Positions 7,143 through 15,134 of a stretch of 32,000 bases of DNA are shown here, one piece after another. Position numbers and translations under genes: made by a program. Below the pieces are notes generated by a model, which worked only from the letters and a program-made list of their open reading frames with translations, did no database searches and was not told where the DNA came from. How positions within the stretch are numbered: the stretch's first letter is position 1; each line of letters opens with the position of its first letter. Origin of the DNA: Polyangiales bacterium (GTDB taxonomy: Bacteria; Myxococcota_A; Polyangia; Polyangiales; Polyangiaceae); NCBI GenBank assembly GCA_038231275.1, contig JBBRLQ010000049.1, positions 9,141 through 41,140 of the forward strand, given 5' to 3'.

Positions 7143-10100
7143 ATGCTCAGCCGTTCGCTTCGCACGCGTCACGTCGCACCGTTCGTTCTGTTCGTGGGGG
7201 CGGTCGCCGGATGCGGCGCCGAGAGCCGATCGCGAAACGCGCCTTCCGCGACCGCGATGGACTCGGTGCCGCCCGGCTACCCGCAGATGGAGCCGGGCTC
7301 CGGAGGCGCGGCGCCGTCGCCGATGTCCGCGGCCGAGGCGAAGAAGGCCGACGACGCGTCGCCCAAGAAGCCGGAAGAGACGACGTGGAAGCGCTCGCAG
7401 GTCGCCGCGAACGCGACGCGCCTCATGGTCGGCGAGCGCGAAGAGCTGCCGCTCCGGACGATGCAGGCCAACGTCACGATCGACGGCTTTCGCGCCCGCG
7501 TTCTCATCGACTACGTCTACGACAACGATCGCGATCGGCAGCTCGAGGGGACGTTCCAGCTGCGGTTGCCGGAGGAGGCGTCGCCGTATTTCTTCGCGTT
7601 CGGGGAGAGCACGTTCGAGGCGAAGGCGGCGACGAACGCACCGAGCCCGCAGCCGCTTTTTTTTGCGGTGGCCGAGACGAAGAAGATGGGCGACGGGCCG
7701 CTCGAGATCATGACGGAACGGCAAGCGACGTGGATCCACCCGCGCGAGGCGCGGATGGTGCCGCGCGAGAAGGCGGCGTTCGCGTACGGCGAGACGGTCC
7801 GGCGGCGCGTCGATCCGGCGCTCATGGAATGGGCGGGCGCAGGGGTCTTCAGCGCGCGCGTCTTCCCGCTCGCGGCGCACAAGCTGCATCGCATCGTCGT
7901 TGGGTACGATCTGGATCTCACCCGAATCGGGGATGATCTCGAGGTCCGGTTCGACGTCCCCGAGAAGGCGCCGCGGGCCGTCGTTGACGTGCGCGTGGCC
8001 AAGCTCGCCAACGTCGCGACGCAGACGACGCCGCAAGCGACCGCCACGACCGACGAGAAGCGGCAGTACTTCCACTTCGAGAACCCCAAGGAGCACGCGG
8101 TGAGCGTGCGATTGAAGTCACCCGGCGCGCCTGTGATCGTCGGCAGCGACGCCAAGACCGGCGACTACTTCGCCGCGCAAGTGAAGCCGAATCTCCCTGC
8201 CGGCGCGCCGTCGACGACGAGCGACAGCGCGGTCTTCTTGCTCGACACGTCGCTCAGCTCGAGCCCCGATCGCTTCAACGTGTGGCTGAAGATGATGCGC
8301 ACGGTGCTCGACGCGAATCGGCCCTCGCTGAAGCGCTTCGCGGTCCTCACCTTCGGCGTCGACGCGCGCTGGTACAAGCCCGGCTTCGTCGAGAACACGC
8401 CGGCCAACGTCGACGCGCTCCTCGGCGCGGCGGGGAACCTCGCGCTCGAAGGGGCGACGGACCTCGGCGCGGCGCTGAAAGAGGCGAGCCGACCCGCGTG
8501 GCTCGACGCAAACGGCGGCGGCGCGCGGCGCTACGATCTGTTCCTCTTGTCGGACGGCGCGGCGACGTGGGGCGAAGGAAATCTCTACGCGCTCGGACGA
8601 ACGCTCGCGTCGGGCAGCGCGGGCAGCTTGTTCGCGTACCAGACGGGGCTCGCGGGCACGGACGTCGCGGCTCTCACGCACCTCGCGAGGGAGAGCGGCG
8701 GCGCGGTGTTCTCGGTGACGGGGGAGTCCGAAATCGTGCGCGCGGCGACGGCACATCGCGCGCGGCCGTGGCAGCTCGTGTCGGCGAAGGTCGGCGGCGG
8801 GACCGACGTGCTCTTGGCAGGGCGGCCGAAGGCGATCTTCGCCGGGCAGACGCTCCTCGCGGTCGGTCGCGGCGCGATCCCGGCAGGCTCCGATCTCGTC
8901 CTCACGCTCGAGCGCGACGGGCAGAAAGAGACCGTGAAGACCAAGCTCGGCGCGCCGGTCGCGTCGAAGCTCGCGCCGCGCGCGTACGGTCAAGTCGCCA
9001 CGAGCCAGCTCGAGGAGCTCGAGGCCGCGACCGAGAGCGTGTCCAAGGCGTACGCGACGCACTTTCGCGTGACCGGTCGCACGTGCTCGCTGCTCATGCT
9101 CGAGACCGAGCAGGACTACGAACGCTTCGCGATCCGCCCTGAAGAAGACGCGTTCGTCGTGAAGGGAACGCCGGCGGGAGAGTTGTTCGCGACGACGTTG
9201 AAGCAGACGTACGACACGCTCGGCGATCCGAAGGCGTCGTTCTTCGCGCTCCTCGCCAAGCTAGAAAAGACGCCGGGCGTGAAGCTCCAGGTGCCGGCGT
9301 CGTACAAGATGGCGGTGACGCAAATGCCGGCGTCGTCGTTCGCGGTCGACGCCGCCGCGCTCACGACGAAGCTGAACGACAAGAAGCAGCTCTCCCCTGC
9401 CCTCCTCGACAACCTCGCGAAGCACCAGCTCGACTACGATCGGATCTCCGACGACGCGAAGGCGCGGCTGGCGCAAGGTGGCCCGGGTGACGCGCTGAAG
9501 GCGTTGTCGTCGCTCGTCGAGGAGAACCCTGGCGACGCGGTGCTCGCGCGCGACGTCGGCTTCTCGGCGATGGACCTCGGGCTTCGTCCGCAGGCCTACC
9601 ACTTGTTCCGGCGCGTCGCCGACGTGCGCCCGTACGAGCCGCAGACCTACCGCGCGATGGCGCAGGCGCTTGCGGCGATGGGCAAGACGGATCTCGCGCT
9701 CGCGTACTACGAGATTCCGCTCATCGGCGAGTGGGATCCGCGCTTCGGCGATCTGCGCGCGATCGTCGAGCTCGACTACCTCCGCTTCCTCCGCACGATC
9801 GCGAGCGGCGCGGCGAAGACGAGCGTGCCGGACTACGCCAAGGCGCGCCTCGAGACGCTCGCCGGGAAAATCGGCATGAAGAGCGCCGATCTCGTCGTCA
9901 CCATCACCTGGAACACCGACAACACCGACGTCGATCTCCACGTGACTGAGCCGTCGGGCGAGGAGTGCTTCTACAGCCACCGCCAGACGCGCAGCGGCGG
10001 CGAGCTCACGCGCGACGTGACGCAGGGCTACGGCCCCGAGATGTTCGTACTGAAGCGCGCGCCCTCCGGCCGCTACCTCGTGCGCGCGCACTACTACGCC

Positions 10101-10250
10101 TCGGACCGCAACCGGGCGAGCGCGCGCACGAAGGTGTACGTCACGACCTACGAAGACTGGGGCACGCCGCGCGAGCGCGCGACGGAGAAGGTCGTCACGC
10201 TCGAGACCGGCAAACAGATGCACGACATCGCGGTCATCGACCGCAAGTAG
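7143..10250 (+). CDS. Large lipoprotein: VIT-like domain + VWA domain + helical/TPR-like region + DUF2135 (YfaP-type) C-terminal domain
   Basis: Lipobox VAGC. VIT-like segment: ANVTIDGFRARVLIDYVYDNDRDRQLEGTFQLRLPEEASPYFFAF. VWA MIDAS: FLLDTSLSSS...LLSDGAATWG. C-terminal ITWNTDNTDVDLHVTEPSGEECFYSHRQTRSGGELTRDVTQGYGPEMF resembles DUF2135 as I remember it. Confidence 0.85.
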   Translation: MLSRSLRTRHVAPFVLFVGAVAGCGAESRSRNAPSATAMDSVPPGYPQMEPGSGGAAPSPMSAAEAKKADDASPKKPEETTWKRSQVAANATRLMVGEREELPLRTMQANVTIDGFRARVLIDYVYDNDRDRQLEGTFQLRLPEEASPYFFAFGESTFEAKAATNAPSPQPLFFAVAETKKMGDGPLEIMTERQATWIHPREARMVPREKAAFAYGETVRRRVDPALMEWAGAGVFSARVFPLAAHKLHRIVVGYDLDLTRIGDDLEVRFDVPEKAPRAVVDVRVAKLANVATQTTPQATATTDEKRQYFHFENPKEHAVSVRLKSPGAPVIVGSDAKTGDYFAAQVKPNLPAGAPSTTSDSAVFLLDTSLSSSPDRFNVWLKMMRTVLDANRPSLKRFAVLTFGVDARWYKPGFVENTPANVDALLGAAGNLALEGATDLGAALKEASRPAWLDANGGGARRYDLFLLSDGAATWGEGNLYALGRTLASGSAGSLFAYQTGLAGTDVAALTHLARESGGAVFSVTGESEIVRAATAHRARPWQLVSAKVGGGTDVLLAGRPKAIFAGQTLLAVGRGAIPAGSDLVLTLERDGQKETVKTKLGAPVASKLAPRAYGQVATSQLEELEAATESVSKAYATHFRVTGRTCSLLMLETEQDYERFAIRPEEDAFVVKGTPAGELFATTLKQTYDTLGDPKASFFALLAKLEKTPGVKLQVPASYKMAVTQMPASSFAVDAAALTTKLNDKKQLSPALLDNLAKHQLDYDRISDDAKARLAQGGPGDALKALSSLVEENPGDAVLARDVGFSAMDLGLRPQAYHLFRRVADVRPYEPQTYRAMAQALAAMGKTDLALAYYEIPLIGEWDPRFGDLRAIVELDYLRFLRTIASGAAKTSVPDYAKARLETLAGKIGMKSADLVVTITWNTDNTDVDLHVTEPSGEECFYSHRQTRSGGELTRDVTQGYGPEMFVLKRAPSGRYLVRAHYYASDRNRASARTKVYVTTYEDWGTPRERATEKVVTLETGKQMHDIAVIDRK

Positions 10251-10682
10251 TCAGCCGCCCCAGCCGCCCGAGTCGGTGCACGAGTCCGTGCACGTGACCG
10301 ACTTGGAGTTGCAGCAGCTGTTCGAGCAGCCGATCGAGTTGATGATGTCGCCGTTCTTGCAGAAGCACGCGTAGCTGCATCCCTTGTCGCACGACGGGCA
10401 GGTGGCGCCGCTGGACCCGCTCGAGCTCGACGAGCCGCCGGAGCTGGAGCTGCTGCTGCTGCTGCTGTGTCCCGAGCTCGACGACGAGCTACTCGAGGAG
10501 TGGCCGCTGCTGCCCCCGCTACTCGATCCTCCGCTGCTGCTCGAAGAGCTCGAGGTTCCGCCGGACGTCCCGGATCCGCCGCTGCTGCTACTGCCGCCCG
10601 TATCGCTGCCGCCGCTGCACGCGACGATCGGCGCCGCGAGGCACGCCGCGAAGAGAACCCGCGAGAAAACGCTACGAATCAT
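10251..10682 (-). CDS. Lipoprotein with extreme Ser/Gly low-complexity stalk and C-terminal Cys-rich knot
   Basis: Start at MIRSVFSRVLFAACLAAPIVAC (lipobox), with GGGGAG upstream. About 75 aa are almost purely S/G with two H. The end is CPSCDKGCSYACFCKNGDIINSIGCSNSCCNSKSVTCTDSCTDSGGWGG. Contains (CTG)6 at 10450-10467, which is (AGC)6 on the coding strand. Confidence 0.7.
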   Translation of the reverse strand: MIRSVFSRVLFAACLAAPIVACSGGSDTGGSSSSGGSGTSGGTSSSSSSSGGSSSGGSSGHSSSSSSSSSGHSSSSSSSSSGGSSSSSGSSGATCPSCDKGCSYACFCKNGDIINSIGCSNSCCNSKSVTCTDSCTDSGGWGG

Positions 10683-10793
10683 GATGTGACTCCCCTGCTG
10701 GCAAAGGTGCGGTCCGTGCTCCGGACCACTCATGCGCAGGACGCGGGTCGCCGCCGCGTGTCACACACAATTTATTTCGAGCGGGAATCGGGG

Positions 10794-11180
10794 CTATTTT
10801 TCGTCCCCGCAGGTCGCCCACATCATCAGGGTCTGCGCATCGGCGGGGGCCAACGGGACTTGGCGTGGAGGCATCGTGCAAGCACCGACCTGGACGGCGA
10901 TGCGGCTCTTCTGAGCGATCGCCACCGCCGGCTTCGTGAAATCGTGATCGTCGGCCGCCATTCCGTCCGCTGCGTGGCACGCGAAGCATCCGCGCTTCAA
11001 GACCGGCAGCACGTCCGCGTACGTCATCGGCGTGCCCGCGCACGCCGGACGTGCGTAGTTGCACGTCGGCGGCGCGGGCGTGATGGTGCCGGGCGGCGGC
11101 CGAGGGGGCGGAGGCGGATCGGTGACGCAGGCCGCCATGGTGGCAGCGACGACGGCGAACGCAACGAACGAAACCTTCAC
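10794..11180 (-). CDS. Small lipoprotein with CXXCH motif, planctomycete-type cytochrome c (PSCyt1)-like domain
   Basis: GTG at 11180-11178 overlaps the metallophosphoesterase stop (GTGA). Sequence (M)KVSFVAFAVVAATMAAC..., then YADVLPVLKRGCFACHAADG and ...CTMPPRQVPLAPADAQTLMMWATCG. This fits the CxxCH ... MPP ... W pattern of PSCyt1 domains. Confidence 0.65.
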   Translation of the reverse strand: MKVSFVAFAVVAATMAACVTDPPPPPRPPPGTITPAPPTCNYARPACAGTPMTYADVLPVLKRGCFACHAADGMAADDHDFTKPAVAIAQKSRIAVQVGACTMPPRQVPLAPADAQTLMMWATCGDEK

Positions 11181-12112
11181 GCGAATGGCTTCTCCTCGAC
11201 GCGCGCGCGCGCGTTCTCGATGGTGACGGCCCGATGCCCGAGGCCATGATCCTTGCTCGCGGGGTCCCACGGCAAGGGGGCTCGCTTCGGCACGGAGCCG
11301 GGCGCGGGCAGCGGGAAGATGAGCGAGCGCGCAGAGTGGTGCGACACGCGCCCGGTGACCTTGTGGTTCTCCTGGTGGATGTGCCCGTAGAATACCGTGG
11401 CGTCGCGCCCCTGGAGAAGCTCGATCGCGCGCGCGCCGTCCTTCGTCGTCCACTCCCACTCGGGGTAGAGATCGAACAGCGGTCGATGCGCGAGGACGAC
11501 GAGCGGCGCGCCGGCGGGGACCTTGGCGATCTCGGCCTTGAGCCAGTCGAGCTGCGCGTCGCCGAGCGCGCCCCCGGGGGCTGACGCGTTGTCGAGCGCG
11601 ATGAAGTACACGCCCTTGTGCGAGAACGACTGGGTGAGCGGACCGAACGCTTCCTTGTACGCCTCGCCGCGATCGGGCGACGCGTCGTGCTCGCCGGGGA
11701 GAAAGTAGATCTTCTTCACGGTGAGGCCGCCGACGATCTGTTTGAACTCGGCCATGCGTGCGCGGCGCTCTTTGGCGTCGTCGGTCGTGTGCGTCAGGTC
11801 GCCGGTGAAGACGATGAAGTCCGGCTGCACGGGCGACGCGTTGATCGCCTGCACCGTCTTCTTCAGGGTCATGTCGGCTTCGGGGTTTGGAGGACCCTTG
11901 AAGCCCCAGTGCGTGTCGGACAGCTGGAGGAAGAAGAAGTCTTCTACCTTGGGGGCGACGATGGCCGGCCCGACGGGCGCGACGCCCGACGCGACCTGAG
12001 GCGGAGCCCCGGTCGCCTCCGCGCCCCCGCAACCGACCAGGCCGGACGCGAAGACCACGCCTCCCAAGCCTGCGAGCGCAAGCACGTCACGTCGTCGAAA
12101 TTCTTGGCTCAT
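11177..12112 (-). CDS. Tat-exported calcineurin-like metallophosphoesterase
   Basis: Starts MSQEFRRRDVLALAGLGGVVFASG (twin-arginine signal). Motifs present: LSDTHWG, TGDLTH, PGEHD, LAHRPL, YGHIHQ. GGAGGA lies upstream of the ATG at 12112. Confidence 0.85.
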   Translation of the reverse strand: MSQEFRRRDVLALAGLGGVVFASGLVGCGGAEATGAPPQVASGVAPVGPAIVAPKVEDFFFLQLSDTHWGFKGPPNPEADMTLKKTVQAINASPVQPDFIVFTGDLTHTTDDAKERRARMAEFKQIVGGLTVKKIYFLPGEHDASPDRGEAYKEAFGPLTQSFSHKGVYFIALDNASAPGGALGDAQLDWLKAEIAKVPAGAPLVVLAHRPLFDLYPEWEWTTKDGARAIELLQGRDATVFYGHIHQENHKVTGRVSHHSARSLIFPLPAPGSVPKRAPLPWDPASKDHGLGHRAVTIENARARVEEKPFA

Positions 12113-12149
12113 TCGATCCTCCGCGGTCCCGTTGTCATTCCTTTCACGA

Positions 12150-12174
12150 AACGAAGGGCTGGGGCAATCGTTCC
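12150..12174 (-). promoter_or_regulatory. Candidate ECF-type promoter GGAAC-N16-CGTT driving the metallophosphoesterase operon
   Basis: Minus strand reads GGAAC gattgccccagccctt CGTT. It lies about 35-40 nt upstream of the ATG at 12112 and shares the palindrome GTTCCATGGAAC (12170-12181) with the opposite promoter. Confidence 0.4.
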
Positions 12175-12176
12175 AT

Positions 12177-12202
12177 GGAACCTTCGCGCCCCCCGCCTCG
12201 TT
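12177..12202 (+). promoter_or_regulatory. Candidate autoregulatory ECF-type promoter GGAAC-N17-CGTT upstream of the sigma gene
   Basis: Plus strand reads GGAAC cttcgcgccccccgcct CGTT, which fits the general ECF -35 GGAAC / -10 CGT consensus. Confidence 0.4.
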
Positions 12203-12294
12203 GTGAGTGGCAGCACTTGTGGTCCGATCTCCTGAAGGTCTTTTCTCCGCCGCAACGGCGGACCACGCGGGTCCCGTCTCGGGCTCCGGCGTGA

Positions 12295-12318
12295 TTGGTT
12301 CGAGCGTTGGTTCGAGCG
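12295..12318. repeat. Perfect 12-bp x2 tandem repeat TTGGTTCGAGCG in the sigma-gene leader
   Basis: Read directly from the sequence. It ends 5 nt before the ATG at 12324. Confidence 0.9.
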
Positions 12319-12323
12319 ACGCC

Positions 12324-12875
12324 ATGTGGTATCGAGCCGACTCGATGCCGACGATCCCGCCGGGGCAGCGGTCGATGCAGTCGGACGCGCTCGCGCACGC
12401 GGACGCGCTCTTCCGCCTCGCCTATCACCTCGCCGGGGACCACGCCGACGCCGAGGATCTCGTGCAGGAGACGTACGCCCGCGCCTTCGGGGCGAGCGCG
12501 CAGTTCACCACGGGCACGAACCTCCGCGCGTGGCTCTGCCGGATTTTGAGGAACACCTACGTGGACGGCTACCGGCGCGCGCGCGCCAACCCCGTGCGGG
12601 GAGAGCTCGACGAGAACGCGCCCGACTCCCCAAAGGGCGAGCCGCTCCGGGGAGACGAAGAGCTCGAGCGCCTGCGCGGCGTCGTGGCGGAGGACATCGA
12701 GGCGGCGCTCCAGACGTTGTCGATCGACGCGCGCACGGTCGTGCTGCTCGATCTCGAGGGCTTCACGGAGACCGAGCTCGCGACCGTCCTCGGCTGCGCG
12801 GTGGGGACGATCAAATCGCGGCTGACGCGGGCGCGAGCGGCCCTGCGCGCCGAGCTGGCGGAGTACGCGAGGTGA
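12324..12875 (+). CDS. ECF (sigma-70 family group 4) RNA polymerase sigma factor
   Basis: Region 2: DAEDLVQETYARAF...NLRAWLCRILRNTYVDGYRR. Region 4: VVLLDLEGFTETELATVLGCAVGTIKSRLTRARAAL. The start is uncertain (ATG 12324, 12345 or 12375). Low GC3 upstream argues against the track start at 12207. Confidence 0.85.
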   Translation: MWYRADSMPTIPPGQRSMQSDALAHADALFRLAYHLAGDHADAEDLVQETYARAFGASAQFTTGTNLRAWLCRILRNTYVDGYRRARANPVRGELDENAPDSPKGEPLRGDEELERLRGVVAEDIEAALQTLSIDARTVVLLDLEGFTETELATVLGCAVGTIKSRLTRARAALRAELAEYAR

Positions 12876-12880
12876 GCAAC

Positions 12881-13642
12881 ATGAAGTGCGAAGTTGCAAG
12901 GACCCTTCTCCTCGCGCGCCGGCAAAAAACGCTGGACGACGACGCCACCGCCGCGGTCACGGAGCACCTCGCCGAGTGCGATCGCTGCCGGCGCGAAGAC
13001 GCCGCCGACGCCGAGCTCACGCGACTTCTCGAGCGCATCCCGCAGCGCAAGGCCCCTGCTTCGTTGAAGCGCGCGTTGGACGCGCGCTGGTCCGGAGTCG
13101 AGCGACGCCCCCGCGCGACGATCGCACGCACCGTTGCCGCCGTGGCTGCCGGCGCCGCGCTCGCCGCCAGCGCGCTCCTCGTCTGGCGCGGGCGCACGCA
13201 TTCCGAGGCGATGTTCGGCGAGGCGGTGAACGATCACCTGCGCCTCCTCTACGCCGAGCACCCGCTCGAGGTGGAGAGCGGCGGCGTGCACCAGGTGAAG
13301 CCGTGGTTCTCGGGGCGCATCGACTTCGCGCCGGTCGTCGCGTTCGGAGGTGACGAGGACTTCCCGCTCCAGGGCGGCGCGGTCGCCTACTTCCTCGATC
13401 GCAAGGCCGCCGCGTACGAGTACAAGCGCCGCCTCCACCCCATCACGCTCTTCGTGTTCCGGGCCGACGGCCTGGCGTGGCCCACCGCGACCCGCGCGAT
13501 CGGCCACGCGCGCGGCGCCTCCGACACGATGCGCGGCTTCCACGTCCTCATCTGGAGGGACGGCGATCTCGGCTACGCGCTCGTCTCCGATCTCGACGAG
13601 CGCGAGCTCGGCACCCTCGCCGCGAAAATCGCCGGTCCCTGA
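12881..13642 (+). CDS. Anti-sigma factor (zf-HC2 N-terminus, one TM helix, periplasmic domain)
   Basis: MKCEVARTLL...HLAECDRC gives an H-x3-C-x2-C motif. TM segment: IARTVAAVAAGAALAASALLVW. GAGGTGA lies upstream of the ATG and 5 nt after the sigma stop. Only the C-terminal part of track ORF 12326..13642 is real. Confidence 0.8.
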   Translation: MKCEVARTLLLARRQKTLDDDATAAVTEHLAECDRCRREDAADAELTRLLERIPQRKAPASLKRALDARWSGVERRPRATIARTVAAVAAGAALAASALLVWRGRTHSEAMFGEAVNDHLRLLYAEHPLEVESGGVHQVKPWFSGRIDFAPVVAFGGDEDFPLQGGAVAYFLDRKAAAYEYKRRLHPITLFVFRADGLAWPTATRAIGHARGASDTMRGFHVLIWRDGDLGYALVSDLDERELGTLAAKIAGP

Positions 13643-13711
13643 GGCTTCGAAGACGGGTCTTCGCAGGAAGGAGGCCAGGGCGCCCCACCTCTCGTAGGAT
13701 GGCCGAGCGGC

Positions 13712-15118
13712 ATGAGCACGAGCAGACGGATTTGCGCGATCCTGGCGCTCTGCCTGGCCTCGCGTGCAGCGCGCGCGGACGACGGTCCGACGACCGACGT
13801 GCCGTCCGACATCCAGGGTGGGGCACCCGAAGGCCTCGGCCGCAAGCAGCGACTCCGGGACGATGACCTCGCGCGCAAGCGAGAGGGCGGTTACTTCACC
13901 GGCCTCCCGCTCGCCAACTACGACCACGACGTCGGCTTCGGCTTCGGCGCGCGCGTCTACTACTTCGACAACGGCAAGCGCACCGAGCCGCGCTTCGCGT
14001 ACGTGCCCTACGAGCAGCGCATCTTCGCGCAGGGCTACGCGTCGACGGGCGGTCTGCAGTACCACTGGCTCGACTACGACTCGCCGCACTTCTTGGGATC
14101 GCTCTTTCGCGTGCGCGCGAGCTTCGAGTTCCAGCAGAACATCGCGCAAAATTATTTCGGCGTCGGCACGCGCTCGATGCAGCCGCTGTCGTTCCCCGGC
14201 TCGCCCGAGAGCTTCGCGCACGCCTCCGAGTACGACGCGCGCCTCCGCACCGTGCAGGCCGACGGCTCGACGTACGCGCTCTACGACAAGTACTTCGGAA
14301 GGCGCCCGCAGCTCGCGTTCGCGGCGGAGCGTCACCTCCTCGGCGGCCTCGTGCGCGCGCTCTTCGGCCTCGGATTTTCGAACACGGCGATCCGGCAGTA
14401 CAGCGGCAAGGTCACCGACGCCGACGGCGCAGGCGGAACCGTGCAGGCGCCCGAGGCTCCCACGCGACTCTCCCTCGACTGCGCGGCGCGACGCATCGTC
14501 GGCTGCGACGGCGGTTGGGACAACGTGCTGCGCCTCGGCCTCTCGCTGGATACCCGGGATTTCGAGCCGGATCCGAACTCCGGAATCTACGCGGAGCTCT
14601 CGACCGAGTACGGCCTCCGCGGCCTCGGCTCCAACTACGCGTACGCGCGCGTGATGGGCTCGGTGCGCGGCTTCTACAGCCCGATCCCGAAGCTCGCCGA
14701 TCTCGTCGTCGCCACGCGCGGCCTCTACGAAGTGCAGACCCAGGGCACGCCGTTCTTCTCGATGAGCAACCTGCCGTTCATCGACGACAACCACACCGGC
14801 CTCGGCGGCTTCCGCTCGCTGCGCGGCTTCAAGGACAGCCGCTTCGTCGGCCCGGTCATCGTGCTCGCCAACCTGGAGCTACGTTGGACGTTCGTGCGCT
14901 TCAAGGCGCTGGCCCAGAGCTTCGGGCTCATGGCGGTGCCGTTCATGGACATCGGCCGCGTCTTCGACAACGTCGCGACGACGAGCCTCAAGGACTGGAA
15001 GCGCACGCAGGGCGGCGGCTTTCGCATCGCCTGGAACGAGGCGACGATCATCATGGCCGACTACGGCTTTAGCGACGAGGACGCCGGCCTCTACGTGAAC
15101 TTCAACCACATCTTCTGA
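13712..15118 (+). CDS. Omp85/BamA-TamA superfamily-like outer-membrane beta-barrel protein
   Basis: Signal peptide MSTSRRICAILALCLASRAARA|DD. Alternating beta-strand pattern, Gly/aromatic-rich. C-terminal ...GFRIAWNEATIIMADYGFSDEDAGLYVNFNHIF ends in Phe. Confidence 0.7.
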   Translation: MSTSRRICAILALCLASRAARADDGPTTDVPSDIQGGAPEGLGRKQRLRDDDLARKREGGYFTGLPLANYDHDVGFGFGARVYYFDNGKRTEPRFAYVPYEQRIFAQGYASTGGLQYHWLDYDSPHFLGSLFRVRASFEFQQNIAQNYFGVGTRSMQPLSFPGSPESFAHASEYDARLRTVQADGSTYALYDKYFGRRPQLAFAAERHLLGGLVRALFGLGFSNTAIRQYSGKVTDADGAGGTVQAPEAPTRLSLDCAARRIVGCDGGWDNVLRLGLSLDTRDFEPDPNSGIYAELSTEYGLRGLGSNYAYARVMGSVRGFYSPIPKLADLVVATRGLYEVQTQGTPFFSMSNLPFIDDNHTGLGGFRSLRGFKDSRFVGPVIVLANLELRWTFVRFKALAQSFGLMAVPFMDIGRVFDNVATTSLKDWKRTQGGGFRIAWNEATIIMADYGFSDEDAGLYVNFNHIF

Positions 15119-15134
15119 GCGCGACGCCCTCGCG

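Noticed and set aside
12207-12323. Upstream extension of the ECF sigma ORF from GTG 12207.
   Set aside because: The first 15 or so codons mostly end in A/T. The extension would start inside or at the predicted promoter, and it adds no sigma-factor sequence.
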